A DNA stretch of 64,000 bases from Minisyncoccota bacterium. Its GTDB lineage: Bacteria > Patescibacteriota > Minisyncoccia > Minisyncoccales > JAGOPM01. The stretch is taken from contig JBAZJI010000001.1 in assembly GCA_041651395.1 (NCBI GenBank), positions 182,533-246,532 of the forward strand, in the 5' to 3' direction. The notes under the pieces are model-generated. The model ran no database searches, had not been told where the DNA came from, and saw only the letters and a program-made list of their open reading frames with translations. Position numbers and translations under genes: made by a program. Position 1 is the first letter of the stretch. Each line of letters starts with the position of its first letter. Shown one piece after another: positions 54,782 through 64,000 of the stretch.

Positions 54782-56583
54782 CATCAAAGGAGCTTAGGCA
54801 AAAATTTATTAATTTTTTCGAAAAAAATGGGCATAAGCAAGTGCCCTCCAGTTCTTTGCTGCCAAGTGACCCCTCGGTTTTATTTACCACGGCGGGCATG
54901 CAACAATTTGTGGACTATTTAGCCGGATACAAAGATCCCCTGAACAAATTCGGCTCGCGCCATTTATGTTCAGTGCAAAAGTGTTTCCGTACTAATGATA
55001 TTGAAGAGATAGGCGATGATACCCATCACACATTTTTTGAAATGTTGGGTAACTGGAGTATTGGCACGGACGAAAACGGGCAATACTTTAAGGAGGTGGC
55101 CATCAAATACGCTTTGGAATTTTTGCAGAGCTTAGGTTTCAAAAAAGATAAAATGTGGGCCACGATTTATCAGGGAGATAGCGTCATTGCCAAAGATGAT
55201 GAGGCTAGAGATATTTGGATTAAAAACGGCATACCAGAGGAGCGCATTTTGCCTTGCGGGAGCGATAATTTTTGGGGGCCAACGGCTGCCACCGGACCCT
55301 GCGGCCCTTGCTCGGAAATCCATTATGACCGCGGAGCGGAGTTTGGCTGCTCTTCGGCTGATTGTAAGCCAAATTGCCCTAACTGCAAACGTTTTGTGGA
55401 GATTTGGAATTTGGTCTTCATGCAGTATTCCAAAAATGAAAAAGGCGAATTCGAAAAATTGCCGCAAACCAATGTGGATACGGGTTCGGGTTTAGAAAGA
55501 GTGCTGACTATCCTTAATGGCACACCTTCAGCTTTTGAAAGTGATTTATTTTTGCCTTTAATCGAGGAATTGGAAAAGATTTCCGAAAAAAAATATAGTG
55601 AGGCGCAATTTGCCTATCGGGTTATCGTCGATCATTTGCGCGGGGCTTGTTTTTTGGTAGCGGATGGTTTTAAGCCGGATAAAATCGGGCAGGGTTATGT
55701 TTTGCGCCGGCTCATCAGACGCGCTATCAGGCAGGCAAGAATTATCGGCTCGCAAGAAATTTTTGTGTCGCTTTTAGCGCAAAAAATAGTAACCCAATAT
55801 GGAGAAATTTATCCCGAGCTTGCCCGGGCCCAAAGCGGGATAATAAAAATTTTAACAGAGGAACAGGAAAAATTCGGTAAGGCTTTGGAAAATGGCTTAA
55901 AAATTTTGGATAAAAAATATCCCAAAACAGAAAAGGGCGGAATCATCAGTGGCGTCGATGCGTTTGATTTATACCAGACCTATGGTTTCCCTTGGGAAAT
56001 GATTGCGGAGGAAGCGGCCTCGCGCGGTTATACTTTAGATAAGGCGGGTTTTCAAAATACCCAATCTCAACATGTGGAAATTTCTCGCGCGGGCGCGGCC
56101 AAGCTTTTTGGCGGCCATGGGGCCAATGAAGTGCAAGATGAACAGTCCAAAGAAAAGATTACCAAGCTCCATACGGCCACGCACATTTTACAAGCGGCTT
56201 TGCGCCAAGTATTGGGGGAGGGCGTCAAGCAAATGGGGTCAAATATTGATGCTACAAGGTTGCGCTTTGATTTTTCTTTTGAACGCAAGATGTCCCCTGA
56301 AGAGATAAAGAGGACACAGGACATCGTTAATGAGCAAATCCAAAAAAATCTTATCGTGACCAAGGAGGAAATGGACTATATGAAGGCCATGGAATCGGGC
56401 GCTTTGGCCTTTTTTAAGGAAAAATATCCCGATAAGGTTAATGTTTATTCGATAGGGGACTTTTCCAAAGAGCTTTGCGGCGGCCCGCATGTGGACTGTA
56501 CCGGGAAGCTTGGAAAATTCAAAATTATCAAGGAGGAATCGGTGGCCGCTGGGGTCAGAAGGATTAAGGCTACGCTGGAATGA
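54778..56583 (+). CDS. alaS: Alanine--tRNA ligase, short form lacking the C-Ala domain
   Basis: LFTTAGM, HHTFFEMLGNWS, GPCGPCSEI, EIWNLVF, editing HTATH and ELCGGPH, ends at GVRRIKA. Confidence 0.95.
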   Translation: MTSKELRQKFINFFEKNGHKQVPSSSLLPSDPSVLFTTAGMQQFVDYLAGYKDPLNKFGSRHLCSVQKCFRTNDIEEIGDDTHHTFFEMLGNWSIGTDENGQYFKEVAIKYALEFLQSLGFKKDKMWATIYQGDSVIAKDDEARDIWIKNGIPEERILPCGSDNFWGPTAATGPCGPCSEIHYDRGAEFGCSSADCKPNCPNCKRFVEIWNLVFMQYSKNEKGEFEKLPQTNVDTGSGLERVLTILNGTPSAFESDLFLPLIEELEKISEKKYSEAQFAYRVIVDHLRGACFLVADGFKPDKIGQGYVLRRLIRRAIRQARIIGSQEIFVSLLAQKIVTQYGEIYPELARAQSGIIKILTEEQEKFGKALENGLKILDKKYPKTEKGGIISGVDAFDLYQTYGFPWEMIAEEAASRGYTLDKAGFQNTQSQHVEISRAGAAKLFGGHGANEVQDEQSKEKITKLHTATHILQAALRQVLGEGVKQMGSNIDATRLRFDFSFERKMSPEEIKRTQDIVNEQIQKNLIVTKEEMDYMKAMESGALAFFKEKYPDKVNVYSIGDFSKELCGGPHVDCTGKLGKFKIIKEESVAAGVRRIKATLE

Positions 56584-56759
56584 GGACAAGGGACACTAAA
56601 AGCGGTCAATTTGACAAAAATTAATAATATTTCGTAATCAAAATCCCCCTTGACAGGGGGCTTGATTTGTGTGGGCAATCGTGCATATAATGCGCAAAAG
56701 TAGATAATTTAACCCCCGGCCAAAAGCCGGCGGAGTTTGCACAAAATAATAAAAAAAAT

Positions 56760-59700
56760 ATGAAAACCACAAAATTATTTTTGGTTTTTATCCTCGGTTT
56801 TGCCCTTGTAGCAGGTATGGCAATTCCTAATGGATATGCAAGTGCGCTCACAACCCAAGAGAAGTTAAGTCTCGTGGACCGCTTGAATGCTTTAAGCTCT
56901 ACCCAGCTTAAAAGCGTAATTGATTCCTTAAACGGTGGGCCAGCCCCCATTGATTCTAAGTCAATGCAATTGGCCATTGAGCTTTCCATGCTCTCGCAAA
57001 GCGAATTGACCGAAGTGGTCAAGCTTATCGGGACTTATGGCAGCGGCTCAACTTATTCGGGATCCAATTATGATCCGTATGGCGATAGTTATTATGGTGA
57101 TTCCTCGATGAGTATTAGTCTCTCTTCGAATTACTACAATCAGACTGTTGATTCTTCCTCTCAAAAAGAGATTGGCACCATCAATGCCTATGCTTATGGT
57201 TCCGCCCTTAATATCAACAGGATAGTTTTGAAATTCAACAAAGATATTTCCAGCGACCTTTCCAATGTCGCCCTTTTTGTAAATGGAAGCCAAGTGGCCG
57301 TAAAGCAATCATACTCGGTGACTGAATATGGCAGCAATGATTGGCGGCTTTCTTTCGATAGTTTATCTATTCCGGTTTCCAAAAATAGCTCCAAGTCTAT
57401 TACAGTCAAGGCACAGGCCAAGGAACTTTCCAGCTATAGCACTGGAAAAACTTTCCAATTCCAAATTCCTAATAGCGGCGTGCGCGCGAGCGAATCATAT
57501 TATTCGTCCAATTATGTCTATGGCGGCTCCACTTCTTGGCTGACTTTTTACACCGCTTCCAGCTATGGTAGCGGCAGCGGCAATGGCAGTTATCCTTCCT
57601 ATGGATATTTCAGTGTGGATAAAAATGCTAATGGCGGCACCAATTACATCGGCGCCAACGACGAGGAAGAGGTAGCTTGCTATAAGATTACGGCTCCGGC
57701 CCAAAATTTGAGGGTTAATCGGGTTGATTTCATGTTTAATAACGATTACACCAATGAAATCAAATGGCTCGCCTTGATCGACAAAAGCGAGAGTACTATT
57801 TTGGATTCAGGCACTTTTGGGGAAAGGACTTATGTAAGTTCTGGTCAGTACCAATATCGTTTCTCTGGATTTTCCCTCAACATTCCCGCCTATCAGACCA
57901 AAGAAGTTTGTTTGAAAATCCGCACCGGTGCCATCTCTTATGATAAATATGTCACTTATTCCATGCCTTCGCAGGGTGTTTTGGCGGTCGATGATTATGC
58001 GCAGACCAGATACGCGGCCGATACCACGGCCAACTACCTGACCATATCTTCGGGCTATGGTAACAATGATGATGGCAGCGGCAATTACAGCAATGGCGAA
58101 GCCAAAATCGTTGTAACCAATTCCACGATTAAGCGCACCTATGGCAGCTCTTATTCGGGATATTATGGTGAGGGCTCAATGACTGTGGCTGTTACAGCCG
58201 GCCGTTATGATGTGACTATTGCGCGCAATGATGGTAGCAGTAAGGGTTTTGTGGTCAGCTTGCTTTCCGAGAATGGCTCGCAAGCCGCTTCCAATTCTAC
58301 TTATCAGTGGCTCGGCCCGACCCAGACCGCGGATTATTACGATCACCATATTTCCGCTTACCAGACAAAATACTTTACCATTAACTTTAAGATTTACCCG
58401 AATTTTGGCGGTAATTATTATGCCAAGTTAAACGGCCTCTATTATACTGAGAATTATGCCACGCGTTACAGCTCGGCATATTTCAAGACCGAGAGCGTTT
58501 ATTTGGGCGAGGGCAGCGGCACTTACCCGCCTTCCAATAATAATGATGCCAGTATCAATGCTTATTTTCACAGCGCCACGGCTGACGGCAGTGTTTACAC
58601 TGATGCCAATGGCTATTCCTGCTATAGTAATTGCAGCTCAGGTTGCCTGCCCGGAAATTATAATTTGAAAGTTTCCGTTTCGGCTGTGGGCGGCGATGCC
58701 TTTTTCTGCGCTGATGAGCGCTGCGTGACTCCCTCTTTTGTGGGTGAAATTACCAGCCAATATGGCAGCACTCTTCCCTCATTTACGACCAAGATTGAAA
58801 GCAGCAATGCCGAAGAAACGACAGTTTACGAATCTCAGCTTAATGGCTACCAATATTTTTGGCAGGGTTATCCTTTGAAGTTTTATGTTGTCAGGCAAGG
58901 AACCAACCGCACTTTCAATATCAAGCTTAGCCGGGTGCAAATCGGCAACAATCAGAGCGGTTATTATTTGGCGAGAATCAAGAGCATTAATTGGTATTCC
59001 AGCGGCTTTGGTTCTTTGAAGCAATACAGCGGCAATTTGAGCAGTTTCAAGACCGAAACTACGCTTTTGAGCGCTTGTAATAATGGCGGCGGTTCCGGCT
59101 ATGGTTATTGCGGAGACGGAATCTGCAACAATAATGAAACTTATTACAGCTGTTCTACTGATTGCTCCAGCAATAGCCAGGGCAATGTTAATGTTTCCCT
59201 TTACTACACGCCAAGCGAGGTGACAGTGAAAACCAATGATTATGACAGGCAAGTGGTTTGTCACAAAATTACTACGGATTACAACAGCTTAACGGTTCAA
59301 AAAATCGCTTACAAATTTAACAGCGATGTTTATCCGAGCTTTTCCACCTTCGCCATTATGGATGGCAGCTCCAGGCTCGCCACCCAAAATGCTTCTAATC
59401 GACAGAGTGATTATTATGGCGGCTACAGCCTCGCCTTTGAGGGACTCAATATTTATATTCCGAGCAATTCCTCTAAGATTGTTTGCTTGGCGGCTACGCC
59501 CCAGCAAGATTATGGCTACAGCAGCAGTAAAACCTTTAATGTTTCTTTAGCGCAAAACGGTGTCCGGGCGACTACTAATTATAGTCAGACGGTTTTTGGC
59601 ACTGATTCGAGCAATAGGACCTTTTATCTCTCGCAAGGCTATCAAAGCTCGCCCATCACTATGGCACTTTCTACCAGCGATTATACTCGCGACCAGAATA

Positions 59701-61310
59701 TCAATTCCTACAAGACCTATGATGTTGTTTTGGGCAATGTGGAATTCAAGAGCAACCAAAGCGCTTATCTTACCGGTGTCAGGGGTAAATTAGTTGCCAC
59801 TTTACCGGTCACTGATTATTATCGCAGCGCCAATGATATTGCCTCTACTGTTTCTATTTGGGATAGTTATAGCCGTTTAGCCACTGCTTATGTTAACGAG
59901 GATGGCACTTTTGCCTTCACTGGTTTTTATGCCAATATTTACGGCAGCAGCTATCCGAAAACTTTAACTATCAAAGCCGATATCAATGCCAATACCTATG
60001 GCCAAGCTTATAATGGGGATCAAATTTATTTTGTCATCGACAGCCAAGATGTGACTGCGGATCGCGGCGTGGAAATTGCGCGCGTAATCTCTAAGACAGT
60101 TACCCTCAGGGGCAGTTATAATGGCGGCGGTTCAGGCTATGGTTATTGCGGAGACGGAATCTGCAACAATGGAGAAAGTTATTACACCTGCTACCGCGAT
60201 TGCTCTGGCTCTAGTTATGGCTATTGTGGAGATGGAATCTGTAATAACAATGAAACTTATTATTCTTGCTATTCGGATTGCTATAATAGCGGCTCCAGTG
60301 GTTATTATAATTTCACGGTTTCCATGGAATCCACGCCTCGTATCACTGTGGATAGGAGCACAACCGGCAAAGAAACAGCCAAGGCTACTTTTTCGCTCAA
60401 GCTCACTGCCCCAATGTATCAAACCATTTGGGTGCCAGCTGACAGTATTGAGGGCAACGCTATCAATAATTCCGACGGCTCTTCACCGGTTACCTACAAG
60501 ACTGTTACTTGCTCGGGCACTAGAGATACCAATAATTCCAGCCTTTACATTTTGCAGCCCAACCAGAGCATGATTTGCACTATCAACTTTGAGATTAGGC
60601 CGCAATCTTCGGGCAACCATTATGCCTATTTGACCGCGCTTAAGTATCGCACTAGTTTGACTGGCTCTGACACTAATTACATCACTTCCGATTTGCAGAA
60701 TACCTATAAGACCTCCCAAGTTTATCTCAATGCCATTGTGGGGGGCGGCACCAATTACGGCACGCCCACGATTATCCCGGCTTCCTTAACCTACAGCTCA
60801 GGCGACAATACTTTATACATGTCGGCCAATATCACCAATATCGGTTATTCGGCTGTGACTGAATACGGCTTCTCGCTCTACAAGCAAACTCAAGGCTATT
60901 CGGCCCGCCAGCTTATTGCCGAGATTGCCACAGTCAATTATCCGCAGTTAGTAGTGGCAACAAAGCGCAGCCCGGATCCCAATACGGTTTACTGTATCCG
61001 CGCCTATGCCAAAAATTCTTACGGTGAGTATGTTTCCCAGTCCTATGATGATAAGTGTATCACTACCGGCAACACGAGCGGCTCAGGCTCGGGCAGTGGT
61101 AGTGGTTCAGGCAGCGGCAGCACCCAGGGTTATGAGTGCCATCGTGGGGTAAAGATTTATACTAATGCCACGAGGCCCTATACCTATGGTGTAGGTTCTA
61201 GTAATAAAACCACTTGGGCTGAATATGTGGATTTAGCCAGTGCCAAGGATTTTATTAATACTATTATCAGCACGGCTCCGAGCATGGTTGATACTACGCA
61301 ATGTAATTAA
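56760..61310 (+). CDS. Large secreted Tyr/Ser/Gly-rich modular surface protein (1516 aa)
   Basis: Signal peptide; repeated Ig-like domains; three YCGDGICNN.E.YY.C..DC modules; FN3-like domain; GS linker. Confidence 0.88.
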   Translation: MKTTKLFLVFILGFALVAGMAIPNGYASALTTQEKLSLVDRLNALSSTQLKSVIDSLNGGPAPIDSKSMQLAIELSMLSQSELTEVVKLIGTYGSGSTYSGSNYDPYGDSYYGDSSMSISLSSNYYNQTVDSSSQKEIGTINAYAYGSALNINRIVLKFNKDISSDLSNVALFVNGSQVAVKQSYSVTEYGSNDWRLSFDSLSIPVSKNSSKSITVKAQAKELSSYSTGKTFQFQIPNSGVRASESYYSSNYVYGGSTSWLTFYTASSYGSGSGNGSYPSYGYFSVDKNANGGTNYIGANDEEEVACYKITAPAQNLRVNRVDFMFNNDYTNEIKWLALIDKSESTILDSGTFGERTYVSSGQYQYRFSGFSLNIPAYQTKEVCLKIRTGAISYDKYVTYSMPSQGVLAVDDYAQTRYAADTTANYLTISSGYGNNDDGSGNYSNGEAKIVVTNSTIKRTYGSSYSGYYGEGSMTVAVTAGRYDVTIARNDGSSKGFVVSLLSENGSQAASNSTYQWLGPTQTADYYDHHISAYQTKYFTINFKIYPNFGGNYYAKLNGLYYTENYATRYSSAYFKTESVYLGEGSGTYPPSNNNDASINAYFHSATADGSVYTDANGYSCYSNCSSGCLPGNYNLKVSVSAVGGDAFFCADERCVTPSFVGEITSQYGSTLPSFTTKIESSNAEETTVYESQLNGYQYFWQGYPLKFYVVRQGTNRTFNIKLSRVQIGNNQSGYYLARIKSINWYSSGFGSLKQYSGNLSSFKTETTLLSACNNGGGSGYGYCGDGICNNNETYYSCSTDCSSNSQGNVNVSLYYTPSEVTVKTNDYDRQVVCHKITTDYNSLTVQKIAYKFNSDVYPSFSTFAIMDGSSRLATQNASNRQSDYYGGYSLAFEGLNIYIPSNSSKIVCLAATPQQDYGYSSSKTFNVSLAQNGVRATTNYSQTVFGTDSSNRTFYLSQGYQSSPITMALSTSDYTRDQNINSYKTYDVVLGNVEFKSNQSAYLTGVRGKLVATLPVTDYYRSANDIASTVSIWDSYSRLATAYVNEDGTFAFTGFYANIYGSSYPKTLTIKADINANTYGQAYNGDQIYFVIDSQDVTADRGVEIARVISKTVTLRGSYNGGGSGYGYCGDGICNNGESYYTCYRDCSGSSYGYCGDGICNNNETYYSCYSDCYNSGSSGYYNFTVSMESTPRITVDRSTTGKETAKATFSLKLTAPMYQTIWVPADSIEGNAINNSDGSSPVTYKTVTCSGTRDTNNSSLYILQPNQSMICTINFEIRPQSSGNHYAYLTALKYRTSLTGSDTNYITSDLQNTYKTSQVYLNAIVGGGTNYGTPTIIPASLTYSSGDNTLYMSANITNIGYSAVTEYGFSLYKQTQGYSARQLIAEIATVNYPQLVVATKRSPDPNTVYCIRAYAKNSYGEYVSQSYDDKCITTGNTSGSGSGSGSGSGSGSTQGYECHRGVKIYTNATRPYTYGVGSSNKTTWAEYVDLASAKDFINTIISTAPSMVDTTQCN
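59081..60282 (+). repeat. Three GYCGDGICNNxExYYxCxxDC modules
   Basis: About 50-bp near-exact DNA repeat at 59081 and 60119; third copy near 60216. Confidence 0.85.
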
Positions 61311-61313
61311 ACT

Positions 61314-61340
61314 AACACCCCGCGAAAGCGGGGTGTTTTT
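61314..61340 (+). terminator. Intrinsic terminator
   Basis: AACACCCCGC-GAAA-GCGGGGTGTT-TTT. Confidence 0.82.
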
Positions 61341-61368
61341 GTAATCAAAGGTATTTGCTATAATAGAA

Positions 61369-62370
61369 ATGATGTTTATGAAAAAAATTATTTTAGCAGT
61401 CGCGATGCTTCTGGCGGCACAGGGAGCCATGGCTGCAGATATGAGAGTGGAAACAATCAAACAAACCGTGCCTGAAATAAAAGGGGAAGTAGAAGTTCAG
61501 GCCGGCTGTTTCAAAGTCACGGCACCGGGGCAAACCGGATTTTATATCAATAAAATCCAACTTTATTCGCCTAAAGATCCGGGGCAATATTTTTCCTCCA
61601 TCAAACTTGTTTCTAATCTCAATGGCAAACAGGTTATTTTAGGAGAATTGGCCGGCACTGATGCCGACAAAATTAAAGATAATGATTTCCGGCTGAATTT
61701 TCCCAAAATGTCTTTGCCCGTAGCCAGAGGCCAATACAAAAATGTCTGCATCATAGTTAAGGGTCTGCCCAATGTAACCAGTGATACAGAATTCAGTTTT
61801 ACGGTTTTGAAAAACGGCTTGCGCTCAATCGATGCCAAGAAAAAATCAGCCTACTCCAGCAAGCAATTAAGCTTTATTAAAATCAAGGTCAAAGCGGTTA
61901 AGGCGTCCATCCAGCCCTCAAATGGCTCAACCTCCACTAGCACGCCTTCGGCCGCGCCGTTTTACACGCTTAATTCCGACATCAAGATTAACCACAATTT
62001 AGCCGTAAGCGACACGGCTGATGCCACCATCCAGATACAGTTAAGTCCTAAGGGCGGGGATATTTATATTCCTACAAGCGGGGCAGTTTTGGCCCGAGGC
62101 ATGCGCAATGATTTTACCGAGACTACCTCTACTTTTTCCTATACGGTCAATGCCGATTTGCAGGGAAGCAATTATATTATCCGCAATGGCGATACCAAAT
62201 ACATTTCCGTGGCCATGCATATCGAGCCCAATAATACCGGCTACTTTTATGGCGAAGTCTATTCCATCGGTTGGAAGAATACTCCTGAGAGCGCCACCCT
62301 TAACCTAATGGATTATCCGGATATCGGACAACAATACCGGACAGCCACTGTTTATTTGATTAAACGTTAA
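61369..62370 (+). CDS. Secreted two-domain protein related to modules of the giant proteins
   Basis: Signal peptide MKKIILAV..AMA; VQAGCFKVTA and GGDIYIP...GYFYG...RTATVYL modules. Confidence 0.82.
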   Translation: MMFMKKIILAVAMLLAAQGAMAADMRVETIKQTVPEIKGEVEVQAGCFKVTAPGQTGFYINKIQLYSPKDPGQYFSSIKLVSNLNGKQVILGELAGTDADKIKDNDFRLNFPKMSLPVARGQYKNVCIIVKGLPNVTSDTEFSFTVLKNGLRSIDAKKKSAYSSKQLSFIKIKVKAVKASIQPSNGSTSTSTPSAAPFYTLNSDIKINHNLAVSDTADATIQIQLSPKGGDIYIPTSGAVLARGMRNDFTETTSTFSYTVNADLQGSNYIIRNGDTKYISVAMHIEPNNTGYFYGEVYSIGWKNTPESATLNLMDYPDIGQQYRTATVYLIKR

Positions 62371-62379
62371 ATTGTCCCC

Positions 62380-62410
62380 AGCCACCTGCGATTTCCACAG
62401 GTGGCTTTTT
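62380..62410 (+). terminator. Intrinsic terminator
   Basis: AGCCACCTG-loop-CAGGTGGCT-TTTT. Confidence 0.75.
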
Positions 62411-62476
62411 GGTTAAAGAGGGCTATAATAAGTTTGCACCGGAATACACGGGGCAATTTTTCGCATTCGATTCGAT

Positions 62477-63730
62477 ATGGATAAAAAAAGAATTTTTGAC
62501 GTTGTTGTTCCGCAAAAAAAGATGCAGAACAAAAATATTTACAGAGTTCAATTAGAAACTTATAACACCCGGCCGCGGCGCGACCATGGGGCGCCGGGCG
62601 GGCTTTTGGTTTTTCTGTTTTTGGCCCTATCTTGCTTTTTAGTTTACTGGTTTTGGGAGCCCACGGCCCAAATAACCATGGTTATCTCCCCAGAGCGAGC
62701 CCAAAAAGAAATCGAGATTAAGGCCATTAAAAACACTTCCACAACCGACCTGAATAATCGGACTATCGCTCTTTACCAGCTAAGCGATCAATACACCCTG
62801 ACGCAGGATTTTCCGGCTACGCAAGCAGAGATAAACGACAAAGCCAAGGGCACTATCCGGATTTTTAATGAAACCGACAGCACTAAAACTTTTGTAACCG
62901 GGACACAGTTTTTAGCCGACAGCAATTTGATGTTTTCTATTGTCCAAAGGGTGACTATCCCGGCAGCCACCAGCGACGGTGGGAAATTGGTGCCCGGCAC
63001 CCTCGACGTTACGGCAGAGGCGGCCAAGCCGGGCGTGGAGTATAATATCGGCCCTTCGGTTTTTTCTATTCCCAAATTAAAAACCACTTCTTATTTTTCT
63101 AAAATCTACGCCAAATCTTTTGCGAACATGGCAGGCGGTTTTGTGGGCACGGGGTTAAAAGCCACTCCCGAAGATATCACCCAAGCCGACGATTTTATGT
63201 CGCGGGAAATTTTCAAAAAGGCCAAAGACACAATAGTGCAAAAATATTCCGAGCATAAAATTTTAGACACCACTTTTGAGCAAAGGGTCATGGCAACTTC
63301 GAGCAAGCTCGATCCCAATTCCAAAGAAAAAATGTTCACATACGAAATTAAAGTAGAAACGATTGTTCTGGCCACCAAGAAAAGTGATTTAGAATTTTTA
63401 GCTAAAAAAGCTTTGGGAGGGGAGCTAAAACAAGGCCAGATAATCGCCGAAAAGCTCTTTAATTATAAGATAATTTCCGAAAATGCCGATACGCAAAAAG
63501 GCCAAGCTTGGATAAGGGTAGAGGGCGCGGCTCCTTATTATTATCCGCCAAATTTTGAGCTCATAAAAACCGAAATTGCAGGCAAGCCCATAAGTCAAGT
63601 GCAAGGTATTATTGAGCCTATGTACCCGGGAAAGGTAAGCGAAATAAGGGTAAATTTGAACCCTCCCATTAAAGATAAGCTGCCCCAGGATATCCAAAAA
63701 ATCACCACAGTCCTGCAAGGGGTTGACTAA
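62477..63730 (+). CDS. Membrane-anchored protein with baseplate-J-like domain, a type commonly seen in CPR genomes
   Basis: Single TM; KAKGTIRIFN, GTQF, V.AEAAKPG.EYNI, MAGG motifs. Confidence 0.65.
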   Translation: MDKKRIFDVVVPQKKMQNKNIYRVQLETYNTRPRRDHGAPGGLLVFLFLALSCFLVYWFWEPTAQITMVISPERAQKEIEIKAIKNTSTTDLNNRTIALYQLSDQYTLTQDFPATQAEINDKAKGTIRIFNETDSTKTFVTGTQFLADSNLMFSIVQRVTIPAATSDGGKLVPGTLDVTAEAAKPGVEYNIGPSVFSIPKLKTTSYFSKIYAKSFANMAGGFVGTGLKATPEDITQADDFMSREIFKKAKDTIVQKYSEHKILDTTFEQRVMATSSKLDPNSKEKMFTYEIKVETIVLATKKSDLEFLAKKALGGELKQGQIIAEKLFNYKIISENADTQKGQAWIRVEGAAPYYYPPNFELIKTEIAGKPISQVQGIIEPMYPGKVSEIRVNLNPPIKDKLPQDIQKITTVLQGVD

Positions 63731-63776
63731 TCGCGTTCTTTTTGCTACATTAATAACGCTTATCACTACAACCTAA

Positions 63777-64000
63777 ATGTCCAATTCAAACGGGATTATA
63801 AAAACGCAAGGAGTAATAACAGAAGCGCTCCCTAGTGCTTCTTTTAAGGTTCGTTTGCAAGATGGTAGGGAAATCATGGGGTTTCTCGGCGGCAAAATGA
63901 GGCTGCACCATATTAGGATTATGCCCGGAGATAAAGTGGAAGTAGAAATAAGCGAATATGATCAGACTAAATGCCGAATAACATTTAGGATGCGTCAATA
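63777..64000 (+). CDS. infA: Translation initiation factor IF-1 (stop codon cut by the window edge)
   Basis: Hand translation: GVITEALPSASFKVRL...GKMRLHHIRIMPGDKVEVEISEYD..KCRITFR; promoter TTGACT-17-TACATT at 63723-63751. Confidence 0.93.
   Translation, partial: MSNSNGIIKTQGVITEALPSASFKVRLQDGREIMGFLGGKMRLHHIRIMPGDKVEVEISEYDQTKCRITFRMRQ

Noticed and set aside
54778-56583. alaS as a truncated pseudogene
   Set aside because: Aminoacylation and editing motifs are intact with a clean stop; short AlaRS lacking C-Ala is known in reduced genomes
61078-61121. GS-repeat DNA as a contingency microsatellite
   Set aside because: Codons are varied (GGC TCA, GGC AGT, GGT AGT), so it is a protein linker and not a slippage tract
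62477-63730. Prophage or contractile injection system from the baseplate-J-like gene
   Set aside because: No other phage, sheath or tube genes nearby; solitary membrane-anchored copies are common in CPR

Overview
A 64 kb chromosomal segment of a Patescibacteria (CPR, Parcubacteria-like) bacterium using genetic code 11. The assignment rests on the str/S10/spc ribosomal cluster lacking rpmD (L30), SD-less core genes, a C-terminally truncated AlaRS and giant secreted ORFans. Core content: trxB/trxA, BASS transporter, mltG, class III RNR (nrdD/nrdG), an adenylate-kinase-like protein, tRNA-Pro(GGG), rpmB, site-2 protease, rpsL-rpsG-fusA-tuf-S10-spc-secY, adk, map, GT2-galT-tpiA-alaS and infA. Accessory content: four giant modular, Cys-rich secreted proteins (1360-2804 aa) built from a shared set of domains (one with Kazal modules, one tipped with a C39/papain-like protease), and seven stand-alone promoter-SD-ORF cassettes. 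Strongest candidate for something undescribed: a 2 kb region (21.8-23.7 kb) with no credible ORF, holding three head-to-tail minus-strand transcription units (about 1000, 565 and 210 nt), each with a near-consensus sigma70 promoter, many hairpins and an intrinsic terminator; the smallest shows an anti-Shine-Dalgarno sequence in a loop. The adjacent tRNA-Pro has a 5' leader that is antisense to the tRNA itself. All calls were made by eye; no searches or folding programs were run.
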